Assembly (NCBI GenBank): GCA_045605805.1
Contig: JAZUQR010000012.1
Span: forward strand, 1 to 42,827
DNA from: Alphaproteobacteria bacterium
GTDB lineage: Bacteria; Pseudomonadota; Alphaproteobacteria; CAAHEQ01; UBA3637
DNA length: 42,827 nt
Reading direction: 5' to 3'
The notes under the pieces were generated by a model. The model ran no database searches and was not told the origin of the DNA. It saw only the letters and a list, made by a program, of their open reading frames with translations. Positions 1-8,419 of the stretch are shown piece after piece. The translations under genes and the position numbers were made by a program. Every line of letters begins with the position of its first letter. Positions within the stretch are counted from its first letter, which is position 1.

Positions 1-28
1 AGAGCAGGCATTGAAGCAGATGGGAGAG
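1..28. repeat. Terminal direct repeat (circular assembly overlap), copy 1
   Basis: AGAGCAGGCATTGAAGCAGATGGGAGAG at 1-28 is identical to 42800-42827. Confidence 0.95.
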
Positions 29-35
29 TGAGAAC

Positions 36-440
36 ATGAACCTTTATCCAACAGAATGCAATATTTGCGGTGGTTCCGTTATCTACACATCAAACAGCAA
101 GATATATGGCAGGGAATACGGAAGCGGAAAGATGTATTACTGTACGCAATGCGGTTCCTATGTAGGCACACATATTCCAAGACCAAAAGAAGCATTCGGA
201 ATACTTGCAAATGAAGAAATGCGAGATATGAAGCAGAAGTGCCACAAACTTTTTGATGAAAAATGGATTCACGAAAAAACAATTAAGCAAAAAAAGAAAG
301 CAAGAAAACAGGCATACAAGGAACTTGCCGATAAGTTAGAAATATCTATTCATAATTGCCATTTTGGGTATTTTGACATGGATATGTTAAACAAGGCATA
401 CGAGATTTTAGCAAAGGAGAGTGAGTATGACGGAGAATAG
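36..440 (+). CDS. Zinc-finger phage protein (DUF3268-like)
   Basis: CxxC...IYG...YYCxxCxSYVGTH motif; C-terminal CHFGYFD. Confidence 0.7.
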   Translation: MNLYPTECNICGGSVIYTSNSKIYGREYGSGKMYYCTQCGSYVGTHIPRPKEAFGILANEEMRDMKQKCHKLFDEKWIHEKTIKQKKKARKQAYKELADKLEISIHNCHFGYFDMDMLNKAYEILAKESEYDGE

Positions 441-939
441 ATGCATTGAAGTATTAAAGAAAATGAAGCATATGTTTACAGAAACTTGTGCAAAAATTGA
501 TGAAAACACTGCATTAGATATGGCGGTTGAAGCAATTAGGGAAATCCAACAGTACAGAGCAATCGGCACACCTACACAGATTTATGAAAAAATAGGTGGG
601 CTGGATGTTGAACTTGGTAAGTATCATTCAATCGGCACAGTGGAAGAGTTTAAGGCATACAAGAATGGGGATTGTATGAACGATTGCGAATATTACGATA
701 ATTGTTCCGACTATATTTATTCAAAAGGCTACAACCAAGGAACCATTGACCGGGCGGAAGAACTTCAAAAGTGCAGGGAATATGGATATAACAAGGCTAT
801 TGATGATTTTGCGGAACAAATAAGAGTACATTACGCATTAAGACAAGAATTAGGATATGTGGCAGACACATACGAAAATATTATCAAAAATGTTTTTGAG
901 TATGCGGAGAAGTTGAAAGGCGGTGGAAAGGATGCGTGA
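427..939 (+). CDS. Hypothetical phage protein
   Basis: ORF with IGTVEEFK and GYNKAIDDFAE motifs typical of Clostridia phage accessory genes; start taken at the ATG after GGAGAG. Confidence 0.55.
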   Translation: MTENRCIEVLKKMKHMFTETCAKIDENTALDMAVEAIREIQQYRAIGTPTQIYEKIGGLDVELGKYHSIGTVEEFKAYKNGDCMNDCEYYDNCSDYIYSKGYNQGTIDRAEELQKCREYGYNKAIDDFAEQIRVHYALRQELGYVADTYENIIKNVFEYAEKLKGGGKDA

Positions 940-1423
940 AATATTATTCAAAGCAAAGCGGATTGATGATGGCAGATGGGAAGCCGGATATTATGTAAAA
1001 GAAACAAAATGGCTTCACATAGAAGATAATTATGTGAAAGAAGAACGGCATTATATTTGCACAAATATGGTAAGTAGTGAATCTTCATATATAGCAAAAG
1101 CAGAAGTTGATTCTGATACCCTTTGCCAATACACAGGCTTGACCGACAAGAACGGCAACAAGATTTGGGAGAATGATATTGTTAAAGCAACGGTAAGGCA
1201 AAATAGTTTGTGTCAATCATCTACTTATAGCGATTTTTACCAAGTGGCATACCACGAAAAGAATTGCTATTTTTACTTAAAAAAGAAAAACAACAACTTG
1301 CTTTTTGATGGAAATTGGAGTTATTACCTTAAAAGCATTGAAGTAATCGGAAACATATTTGACAATCCGGAATTATTGAAAGGGGGGTGGAATGAAAGAA
1401 GAAGCATATATGAAACTTGTTAA
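932..1423 (+). CDS. YopX family protein
   Basis: MREILFKAKR...LCQYTGLTDKNGNKIWENDIV...EVIGNIFDNPELL. Confidence 0.85.
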   Translation: MREILFKAKRIDDGRWEAGYYVKETKWLHIEDNYVKEERHYICTNMVSSESSYIAKAEVDSDTLCQYTGLTDKNGNKIWENDIVKATVRQNSLCQSSTYSDFYQVAYHEKNCYFYLKKKNNNLLFDGNWSYYLKSIEVIGNIFDNPELLKGGWNERRSIYETC

Positions 1424-1586
1424 TAGTTTTGAACGAAAGAAGTGCGGATATTTGGACAACCATGTTTGCCCTTTGAAACCAAGTAGGGCAAGAAAGGGTG
1501 AAAGTTGTGACGGTTGTTCGTTGTTTGAAAAAATACATACTTTTAAAGCAATGAGTTTGGAAATCGAAGAACACGATAGAAAGTAG
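1392..1586 (+). CDS. Small Cys-rich hypothetical protein
   Basis: ORF with G-rich RBS; CG..CP..CDGC. Confidence 0.5.
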   Translation: MKEEAYMKLVNSFERKKCGYLDNHVCPLKPSRARKGESCDGCSLFEKIHTFKAMSLEIEEHDRK

Positions 1587-1593
1587 GTGTAAC

Positions 1594-2223
1594 ATGAAAG
1601 AAGTAAGTAAAAAGATATTGGAAAAATACTTTGAGGATGTAAAAAAAGGAATCAAAACATTTGAAGTCAGAAAAGACGAAGATGATATTCAAGTGGGAGA
1701 TATTCTACTTCTTGAAGAATGGAAAGAAGGGGATATATTCACAAGCGGATACACAGGCAGATGCATTAGAAAAAGGGTTAAATATGTTTTGCGTGATATT
1801 CCGCAATATGGCTTACAAGAAGGGTATTGCATTATCGGTTTAGAGGATATAAACATTGGGTGGATTCCTTGCAGCGAGAGATTGCCGGAAGTGGAAACCA
1901 CAGTGCTTATACATGCAAAAAGAAAATATAGGGATGGTGGTTTCAAAGATATTATCACAACAGCCATGTATGAGGATGGAACAATGCTTGAAAATGACAG
2001 CAAGTGGCGGTGGGAAGATATAGAAGGCGAATGGGATGAAGAAAATGATTGCTATATCATTCCTGAAGGTTGGTGGGAAGATAAAAAGTACAATGAGGAT
2101 GGCGAATTAAATCATACAGTTGATGATGTTGTTCTTGCATGGCAACCTTTACCGGAACCATACAAAGCAGAAGAACCGCAATGGAAAAAGGCAATGATGA
2201 ATACCTTTTTAAACAGGAAGTGA
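1594..2223 (+). CDS. ASCH/DUF3850 domain fused to DUF551-like domain
   Basis: K(I)L..YFEDV..G.KTFEVRKD...VGDILLLEEW at the N-terminus; WIPCSERLPE...VLAWQPLPEPY at the C-terminus. Confidence 0.75.
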   Translation: MKEVSKKILEKYFEDVKKGIKTFEVRKDEDDIQVGDILLLEEWKEGDIFTSGYTGRCIRKRVKYVLRDIPQYGLQEGYCIIGLEDINIGWIPCSERLPEVETTVLIHAKRKYRDGGFKDIITTAMYEDGTMLENDSKWRWEDIEGEWDEENDCYIIPEGWWEDKKYNEDGELNHTVDDVVLAWQPLPEPYKAEEPQWKKAMMNTFLNRK

Positions 2224-2232
2224 GGGGACAGC

Positions 2233-2694
2233 ATGAAGGCAAGGGAATATTTGGAGCAATACATAAAGTGGGACAAGGTGATCCAAAACAAAAGAGCAGA
2301 AGTGAAAAAGTGGAAAACCAAAGCCACCAAGACTACCGGGGATTCGGAAGGCGAAAGGGTAAAGGCATCCGGTAGCAAACAAAAGATGGCAGATGCGGTG
2401 AATGAGTATGCGGACATAGAAGCGGAAATCCTTGCACTGGAAGATGGGCAGAAAGCAATTATAAAGACCATAGAGCAGCTAACGGCCACCAAATATGACA
2501 TATTATATAAGCATTACATACAGGGCATATCGTTAAAAGAAATATGTTACATGGCAAGGAAATCTTATTCCTGGGGAACCACAAACCACAAAAAAGCATT
2601 GAAGGATGTTGAAGCAATACTTAAAGAAAGGGGGAACAACCTATGCAATATGTTGAGTTTGCAATCGAATGGAACCGGGCTTGCAAAAGACTGA
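2233..2694 (+). CDS. ArpU/RinA-like late transcriptional activator
   Basis: M.AREYLEQY start, coiled coil, C-terminal sigma4-like HTH (ILYKHYIQG.SLKEI...SYSW...HKKAL); last gene before the packaging module. Confidence 0.75.
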   Translation: MKAREYLEQYIKWDKVIQNKRAEVKKWKTKATKTTGDSEGERVKASGSKQKMADAVNEYADIEAEILALEDGQKAIIKTIEQLTATKYDILYKHYIQGISLKEICYMARKSYSWGTTNHKKALKDVEAILKERGNNLCNMLSLQSNGTGLAKD

Positions 2695-2780
2695 AAAAAA
2701 GCAAATATGATTTAAGCAAAATCAAAATTGTATCAGAAATTGAAGGCAAGCATCAAAAGAGCAATAAAAAGTGCATATAA

Positions 2781-2816
2781 TTGTATATTGTTGTATATCA
2801 TTGTACATAGTTGTAC
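2781..2816 (+). promoter_or_regulatory. Phased 10-bp direct repeats, likely late-activator binding sites
   Basis: TTGTATATTG TTGTATATCA TTGTACATAG TTGTAC directly abutting the -35 element. Confidence 0.65.
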
Positions 2817-2845
2817 TTGAAATCCAAAAAAAGGTATTTTATAAT
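2817..2845 (+). promoter_or_regulatory. SigA-type late promoter
   Basis: TTGAAA (2817-2822), 17-bp spacer, TATAAT (2840-2845). Confidence 0.75.
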
Positions 2846-2869
2846 TATAATAGAATAATTGTGATTAAG

Positions 2870-2900
2870 GGTGCCGTATCTCCCATGCGGTGCCTTTTTT
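2870..2900 (+). terminator. Intrinsic terminator/attenuator in late leader
   Basis: GGTGCCGTAT-CTCCC-ATGCGGTGCC stem (with G-U pairs) followed by T6. Confidence 0.6.
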
Positions 2901-2975
2901 CGTGTCTGCAAGGATGTTCTTTTTCATTGTTTTCTCCCATCCTTGCAGACAAATCTAAAAAGAAAAGGTGATAAT

Positions 2976-3098
2976 ATGAGTTTCGCATATAAAGAACAAT
3001 ATGCGGTAATAGTTATTTGCCAAAACGAAAAAGAGCAGGAAACAATATACAACCGCCTTAAAGAAGATGGATATAAGTTGAAGGTGGTTGCGGTATGA
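2976..3098 (+). CDS. Small protein coupled to the ABC-ATPase/GNAT gene
   Basis: AAAGGTGA RBS; MSFAYKEQYAVIVIC...; ATGA overlap with the next gene. Confidence 0.65.
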   Translation: MSFAYKEQYAVIVICQNEKEQETIYNRLKEDGYKLKVVAV

Positions 3099-4237
3099 AG
3101 ATTGAAGTACATAATAGGATAAGTGATTTTGATTCCTACCGTGCTGCAAGGGTAAAAAGTCTTTTTAATGCAGAAAGCGGTTGTAATTTTGATTTGGAAA
3201 TAGAAAATGTGGATTTATCCGGGGATTGGAGTATCGGTGTTGTGGTAGGCCCTTCCGGTTCCGGGAAAACATCAATCGGAAAGCAGATATTTTCCGAAAA
3301 TAAAATCATAGATATGACAAAAGGGTGGAATCCTGATAAGCCGATAATAGATGACATAGCAACGGATGGGGATTTTAATACAGTGACAGGGTTGCTTGCT
3401 TCTGTAGGCCTTGGGGATGTTCCGGCATGGCTTAGACCGTTTCATGTATTATCGAATGGCGAACAGTTCCGGGCAGGGCTTGCAAAGATGATATGCGATA
3501 AACCGGAAGAAGTAGTGGTTGATGAATTTACATCTGTTATAGATAGGCAAATTGCTAAAATAGGAGTACAGGCATTCCAAAAAGCATGGAGAAGGGAAAA
3601 CCCGAAAGGAAAGGTTGTTCTTCTTACACCGCATTATGATATTTTGGAATGGATGCAGCCTGATTGGGTAATTGATACCAAAACAAAGACTTTTCAAAGG
3701 GAAAAGCCCAGGCAAAGGCCACCTATTGAATTGGAGATCAGGAAGGTCAACGGAAGTTATTGGAGATATTATAAGCCACATTATTATTTAGATTTACCTA
3801 TGCCGATTGCAGCGGAATATTTTGTTGGTACGGTTGAAGGGGAACTTGCTTGCCACATTGCGGTATGCCCTTGGTTTCACCTAAACGGATATAGGGCTAC
3901 ACGGCTTGTTACAATGCCGGAATGGCAAGGGGCAGGGATTGGAACACGGTTCCTTGACGCAATAGCGCAGTATCACCTGGAAGGTAACGGAAGAAAAAGC
4001 AGAAAACTTCCAACATACTTTCATACATCACATCCGCAATTATGCGGAGCATTAAGACATTCAGAGAAGTGGGTGCAGGTATCGGCCCATCTTTATGGTA
4101 GCAACAAAACCAAAAGCTACAAATCCCATTCAAAATCAGCAGAAAAGAAGGGCGGTAAGCATCTTGGAAGTGGTTTTGGTGGCCATTTTAGGGCAATACA
4201 GGGTTTTAAATATATCGGGGAAGGTGAAACACCTTGA
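3095..4237 (+). CDS. ABC-type ATPase fused to GNAT acetyltransferase
   Basis: Walker A GPSGSGKT, signature LSNGEQFRA, Walker B VVVDEF; GNAT motif A RLVTMPEWQGAGIG. Confidence 0.85.
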   Translation: MKIEVHNRISDFDSYRAARVKSLFNAESGCNFDLEIENVDLSGDWSIGVVVGPSGSGKTSIGKQIFSENKIIDMTKGWNPDKPIIDDIATDGDFNTVTGLLASVGLGDVPAWLRPFHVLSNGEQFRAGLAKMICDKPEEVVVDEFTSVIDRQIAKIGVQAFQKAWRRENPKGKVVLLTPHYDILEWMQPDWVIDTKTKTFQREKPRQRPPIELEIRKVNGSYWRYYKPHYYLDLPMPIAAEYFVGTVEGELACHIAVCPWFHLNGYRATRLVTMPEWQGAGIGTRFLDAIAQYHLEGNGRKSRKLPTYFHTSHPQLCGALRHSEKWVQVSAHLYGSNKTKSYKSHSKSAEKKGGKHLGSGFGGHFRAIQGFKYIGEGETP

Positions 4238-4452
4238 AGCAAATCAGAACCGTAATAAAGCCGATAAGCGAAGCCACACGGTTTGATATGACTATAAACC
4301 GCTTATTAAATGACGGTTGGGAACTTATAAACAGGAAAATAATTGATTCACCGGGGGATATTTCAGAAGCATTTAATTTCCCGGTGATTACTTTATTGTA
4401 TGCGGAACTAATAAAGGAATCCGCAGATAGATTTGAAGAAATAACATTGTAA
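4234..4452 (+). CDS. Hypothetical protein
   Basis: TTG start overlapping the upstream stop; GAAGGTG RBS. Confidence 0.5.
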   Translation: MKQIRTVIKPISEATRFDMTINRLLNDGWELINRKIIDSPGDISEAFNFPVITLLYAELIKESADRFEEITL

Positions 4453-4472
4453 AGAAAGGCGGGTGTTGTGGG

Positions 4473-5003
4473 ATGGCTTTATCAGATAAACAGAAACTAT
4501 TTTGTGATGAATACTTGATTGATATGAATGCTATAAAAGCAGCACTTCGGGCAGGATATTCAGATACAACAGCAAGATATGCAAGCAAGTGGATAAATGA
4601 AGGTGAAAGTCCACATAAACCCACAGGCAAAAATAAATCAAAATTCAATCCTGAAATGCGTAAATACATTGATGAACGGATGGCCGAGAAAGAAAAAGAA
4701 CTGATTGCGGACCAGGATGAAGTCATGCGATACCTTACAGCGGTAATGCGTAGGGAATTGAAAGATTCCGTGGTTGTTACATTGAACAAAGAGAAGTCAA
4801 CCTATGTTCCGGATGAAAACGGAACAATGCGAAAACAAACCATAAAGGAAGAGGTTCCGCAGATTGTTCATATCCCTGCACAGTTAAGGGATGCAAACAA
4901 GGCAGCGGAACTATTAGGCAAGGCTTACGGCATATACACGGATAGAGTTGAAGCGGATATTCTGCTTCCTGTATTCGGTGGTGAAGATGAACTTGAAGAT
5001 TAG
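4473..5003 (+). CDS. terS: Terminase small subunit
   Basis: LSDKQKLFCDEYLIDMNAIKAALRAGYS...IADQDEVMRYLT...KAAELLGK. Confidence 0.9.
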   Translation: MALSDKQKLFCDEYLIDMNAIKAALRAGYSDTTARYASKWINEGESPHKPTGKNKSKFNPEMRKYIDERMAEKEKELIADQDEVMRYLTAVMRRELKDSVVVTLNKEKSTYVPDENGTMRKQTIKEEVPQIVHIPAQLRDANKAAELLGKAYGIYTDRVEADILLPVFGGEDELED

Positions 5004-5007
5004 GTGA

Positions 5008-6249
5008 TTGCCTATGATTAAAAAAGAATATATAAACCTTCCGCAAGTAATCGGAAGGGGATACAGAAGGTTTTGGAGTTTCAAAGGCAGATATAGGATT
5101 GTAAAAGGGAGCCGTGCTTCCAAGAAATCCAAAACAACGGCATTGTGGTATATCTTCAATATGATGAAATACCCGGATGCAAACCTTCTTGTAATCAGAA
5201 AGACATTCCGAACATTGAAAGATTCTTGCTACAAAGAATTGAAATGGGCGGTTAAGCGGTTGAAGGTTGAACATTTATGGGATTTTACCTTGTCACCTTT
5301 GGAAGCCGTGTATAAACCAACAGGGCAAAGGATATATTTTAGGGGCTTAGATGATCCGTTAAAGGTAACATCCATTGCGGTAGATGTAGGATGCCTTTGT
5401 TGGATGTGGATTGAAGAAGCCTATGAAATCATGAAGGAAGATGATTTCAACATACTTGATGAATCAATCCGTGGTGAATGCCCGGAAGGATTGTTTAAGC
5501 AAATCACACTTACCTTCAATCCATGGAATGAACGGCATTGGATAAAGAAGCGGTTCTTTGATGCGGAGCCGGATTCAGATATATTGGCAATTACCACAAA
5601 TTATCTTTGCAATGAATGGTTGGACAAAGCCGATTTAAAGGTGTTTGAAACCATGAAGAAAAACAATCCCAGGCGGTATGCGGTGGCAGGCCTTGGCGGT
5701 TGGGGTATTGTGGATGGCCTTGTTTATGAAAACTGGAAAGAAGAAGCCTTCACATTAGAGGATATAAAACATTGCAAATCGGCATTTGGTCTTGATTTTG
5801 GTTATACCAATGACCCAAGTGCTTTTTTTGTTGGTTTTGTAGATATTGAAAACAAGAAACTGTATGTATGGGATGAATTTTACCAACCGGGAATGTCAAA
5901 CAGGAAGATTTTTGACACAATCACGGAAATGGGATATTCCAAGGAGCGAATCACAGCGGATTCCGCAGAACCGAAGTCCATTGATGAATTAAAGGGCTAT
6001 GGTTTAAGGGTAAAAGGTGCGGAAAAGGGCAAGGACAGCATTGCAAACGGCATACAGTGGATTCAGGATTTAGAAATTATCATCCATCCCCGGTGTGTGA
6101 ATTTCCTTACAGAAATAAGCAACTATACCTGGGATAAAGATAAATTTGATAATAAATTAAACAAACCGATTGATGATTTCAACCATTTGATGGATGCCAT
6201 GCGGTATGCGTTGGAAAAATACATCAAAAACAACAAATGGCTATATTAG
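5008..6249 (+). CDS. terL: Terminase large subunit (PBSX family)
   Basis: KGSRASKKS, WIEEAYE, LTFNPW, GLDFG, ADSAEPKSI, NHLMDAMRY. Confidence 0.95.
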   Translation: MPMIKKEYINLPQVIGRGYRRFWSFKGRYRIVKGSRASKKSKTTALWYIFNMMKYPDANLLVIRKTFRTLKDSCYKELKWAVKRLKVEHLWDFTLSPLEAVYKPTGQRIYFRGLDDPLKVTSIAVDVGCLCWMWIEEAYEIMKEDDFNILDESIRGECPEGLFKQITLTFNPWNERHWIKKRFFDAEPDSDILAITTNYLCNEWLDKADLKVFETMKKNNPRRYAVAGLGGWGIVDGLVYENWKEEAFTLEDIKHCKSAFGLDFGYTNDPSAFFVGFVDIENKKLYVWDEFYQPGMSNRKIFDTITEMGYSKERITADSAEPKSIDELKGYGLRVKGAEKGKDSIANGIQWIQDLEIIIHPRCVNFLTEISNYTWDKDKFDNKLNKPIDDFNHLMDAMRYALEKYIKNNKWLY

Positions 6250-6262
6250 AAAGGCAAATAAA

Positions 6263-6601
6263 ATGATAATGAATGCAACATTGGTGAATGTATTAGGAAC
6301 AGAATACACAATGAAAGAATCAAATGAAGCCAATGATGAAAGGTTAAAAGGCAAAGATGGTTATTGCGACACATCCATCAAAGAATGTGTTGTTGATGAA
6401 ATGATTGAGAATGATGTTGATTGTAAAAAGAACCTTCCGGAATATAAGAAATCAGTGAAACGGCATGAATTGATTCATGCTTTTTTATATGAATCCGGAT
6501 TGGATAGTTGTAGTTGGGGAGCAAATGAAGAAATGGTGGATTGGTTGGCCATTCAGTTTCCGAAGCTGCAGAAGGCATTTGAGGATGCCGGGTGCTTGTA
6601 A
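6263..6601 (+). CDS. HExxH-containing phage protein
   Basis: RHELIHAFLYESGL...NEEMVDWLAIQFPK; start placed at the ATG after GAAAGG. Confidence 0.7.
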   Translation: MIMNATLVNVLGTEYTMKESNEANDERLKGKDGYCDTSIKECVVDEMIENDVDCKKNLPEYKKSVKRHELIHAFLYESGLDSCSWGANEEMVDWLAIQFPKLQKAFEDAGCL

Positions 6602-6616
6602 GAAAGGCGGTGCAAA

Positions 6617-8077
6617 GTGCTAACAGTAGATGAAATAAAGCAATTCTTATTAGAGGATGAAGGAAGTTCCTTGAAAAAGAAAGCCATGCAGGGGCAAAGA
6701 TATTATGATGGCCTTCATGACATATTAGATTACCGGATGTTCTATTGGAACACGGATGGTGAGCTGGTAGAGGATACAAGCAGAAGCAATGCCAAGATAC
6801 CGCATCAATTCTTTACTGAATTGGTGGATCAGGGTGTGCAATTTGTATTATCCGGAAGTGATAAAGGAATTATCCAATCGGATGATGATGGATTGCAGAA
6901 AGAAATGGACCTTTATTTCAATAAAAACAAACGGTTCCTTGTGGAATTGTCCGAAACCATAACAGGTATGCAATCAAAAGGCTTTGATTATATGTACGCA
7001 TACAAGGGCAAGGATGATAGGCTTTGCTTTGAAAATGCGGATTGCCTGGGAGTGGTAGAGGTAGAAGGAAGGTTCACAGAGGATAAGAAAGACCAAAGAA
7101 TTTATAAATATGTGGACCGTATCGACAAAGATTGCCACACGCAATGGAAAATCCGTGTTATTGATGATGAATACACATGGTATTACAAACAGACGGACAA
7201 TGGCGAGATTGAAAAAGATGATACGGTGGAACTTAACCCAAGGCCACACGCAGCATACATGAAGGATGGCAAGCTTTATAAGAAAGAAGGGTACAGCCTA
7301 CTTCCTTTCTTTAGGCTTGACAATAACAAAAAGCAAAAAAGTTTACTTCCGGCCGTAAAACCGTTGATTGACGATTATGATATGATGTCAAGCGGTCTTA
7401 CTAATAACCTGATAGACTTTGATGTTCCGCTTTATGCGGTAAAAGGTTTTGAAGGTGATGATTTTAGTAAATTACAGCAGAACCTAAAAACCAAAAAGAT
7501 GGTGGGGCTTGATGAAGATGGTGGAATTGAAGTCCATACCATCAATGTTCCGTATCAGGCAAGGAAAGAAAAGCTTGACATTGATGAAAAGAATATTTAC
7601 AGATTCGGCATGGGGCTTAATATGCAGGGGTTGAAGGACACAAGTGCAACCACCAATATTGCAATCAAGGCTGCCTATTCCTTATTGGAGTTAAGATGCA
7701 CCAAAATGATTGACCAAATCGAATTATTCTTGCAGGAAATCGTGGAAGCGGTGCTTGCGGAAATCAATGATAGGGAAGGAACTGATTACACCATAGCCAA
7801 TGTTACATTTAATTTTGAGCCGGAAATCATGTCAAATGAAGAAGAGAATGCAAGAATTAAATTAACAGAAGCCCAGGAGCAACAGGTGAGAATCACAGCC
7901 CTGTTAAATGCTGCACCGCATTTGGACAACGAAACCTTGGTACAGGCTATCTGTGATTTGCTTGATATTGATTACGAAGAGATTAAAAGCAAACTTCCCG
8001 ATCCGGAAGAAGCACAGAATGCCGTTGCAGATGCACAGGGGAATTTGAATAATATTCAGGTTGAAGAAAATGTATAA
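6617..8077 (+). CDS. Portal protein (SPP1 gp6-like)
   Basis: Follows TerL; RYYDG.HDIL, SNAKIPHQFF, PFFRLDNN, LIDDYD; 486 aa. Confidence 0.9.
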   Translation: MLTVDEIKQFLLEDEGSSLKKKAMQGQRYYDGLHDILDYRMFYWNTDGELVEDTSRSNAKIPHQFFTELVDQGVQFVLSGSDKGIIQSDDDGLQKEMDLYFNKNKRFLVELSETITGMQSKGFDYMYAYKGKDDRLCFENADCLGVVEVEGRFTEDKKDQRIYKYVDRIDKDCHTQWKIRVIDDEYTWYYKQTDNGEIEKDDTVELNPRPHAAYMKDGKLYKKEGYSLLPFFRLDNNKKQKSLLPAVKPLIDDYDMMSSGLTNNLIDFDVPLYAVKGFEGDDFSKLQQNLKTKKMVGLDEDGGIEVHTINVPYQARKEKLDIDEKNIYRFGMGLNMQGLKDTSATTNIAIKAAYSLLELRCTKMIDQIELFLQEIVEAVLAEINDREGTDYTIANVTFNFEPEIMSNEEENARIKLTEAQEQQVRITALLNAAPHLDNETLVQAICDLLDIDYEEIKSKLPDPEEAQNAVADAQGNLNNIQVEENV

Positions 8078-8089
8078 TTATGGTAAAAT
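8061..8089 (+). promoter_or_regulatory. Moron promoter
   Basis: TTGAAG-17 bp-TAAAAT with TG extension, upstream of ORF 8136. Confidence 0.55.
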
Positions 8090-8135
8090 AATAATATAGT
8101 TTATTGGTATACATCAAAGGGCAAGGGAAAAGAAA

Positions 8136-8342
8136 ATGAAAAAACAAATTATTATTGAAGCCGAATTTCCGGATAATTTCGTTCCACCTGATAAATTTGA
8201 TAGTGCGTATGATGCGGATTATGGTGGTACAGGAAAATGCGTAGAGTGTCCATTTTATTCATGCGATACATACGAACCATACGATAATTGTATGTGCCCG
8301 AGTGAAGATGAAAAATGCCCTATAAAGAAATATTTTGAGTAG
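8136..8342 (+). CDS. Small Cys-rich moron protein
   Basis: 68 aa, CVECPFYSC...CMCP...CP; has its own promoter and terminator. Confidence 0.65.
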   Translation: MKKQIIIEAEFPDNFVPPDKFDSAYDADYGGTGKCVECPFYSCDTYEPYDNCMCPSEDEKCPIKKYFE

Positions 8343-8344
8343 TT

Positions 8345-8372
8345 AAAAGCATCCTTTGCAGGGTGCTTTTTT
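8345..8372 (+). terminator. Intrinsic terminator
   Basis: AAAAGCATCCT-TTGC-AGGGTGCTTTTTT. Confidence 0.75.
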
Positions 8373-8419
8373 AATGCCTGAAAGAAGGTGAGGTTATCAA
8401 TAAACGGCAAAAAGAGATA

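Noticed and set aside
1-28. Biological terminal repeat of the virion DNA
   Set aside because: It falls inside a coding sequence, far from the terminase region; best explained as assembler overlap of a circular contig.
2781-2816. CRISPR-like or iteron array
   Set aside because: Only 10-bp phased repeats without spacers, abutting a promoter after an ArpU-like gene, so better read as activator sites. No CRISPR array or tRNA gene was recognised anywhere in the window.
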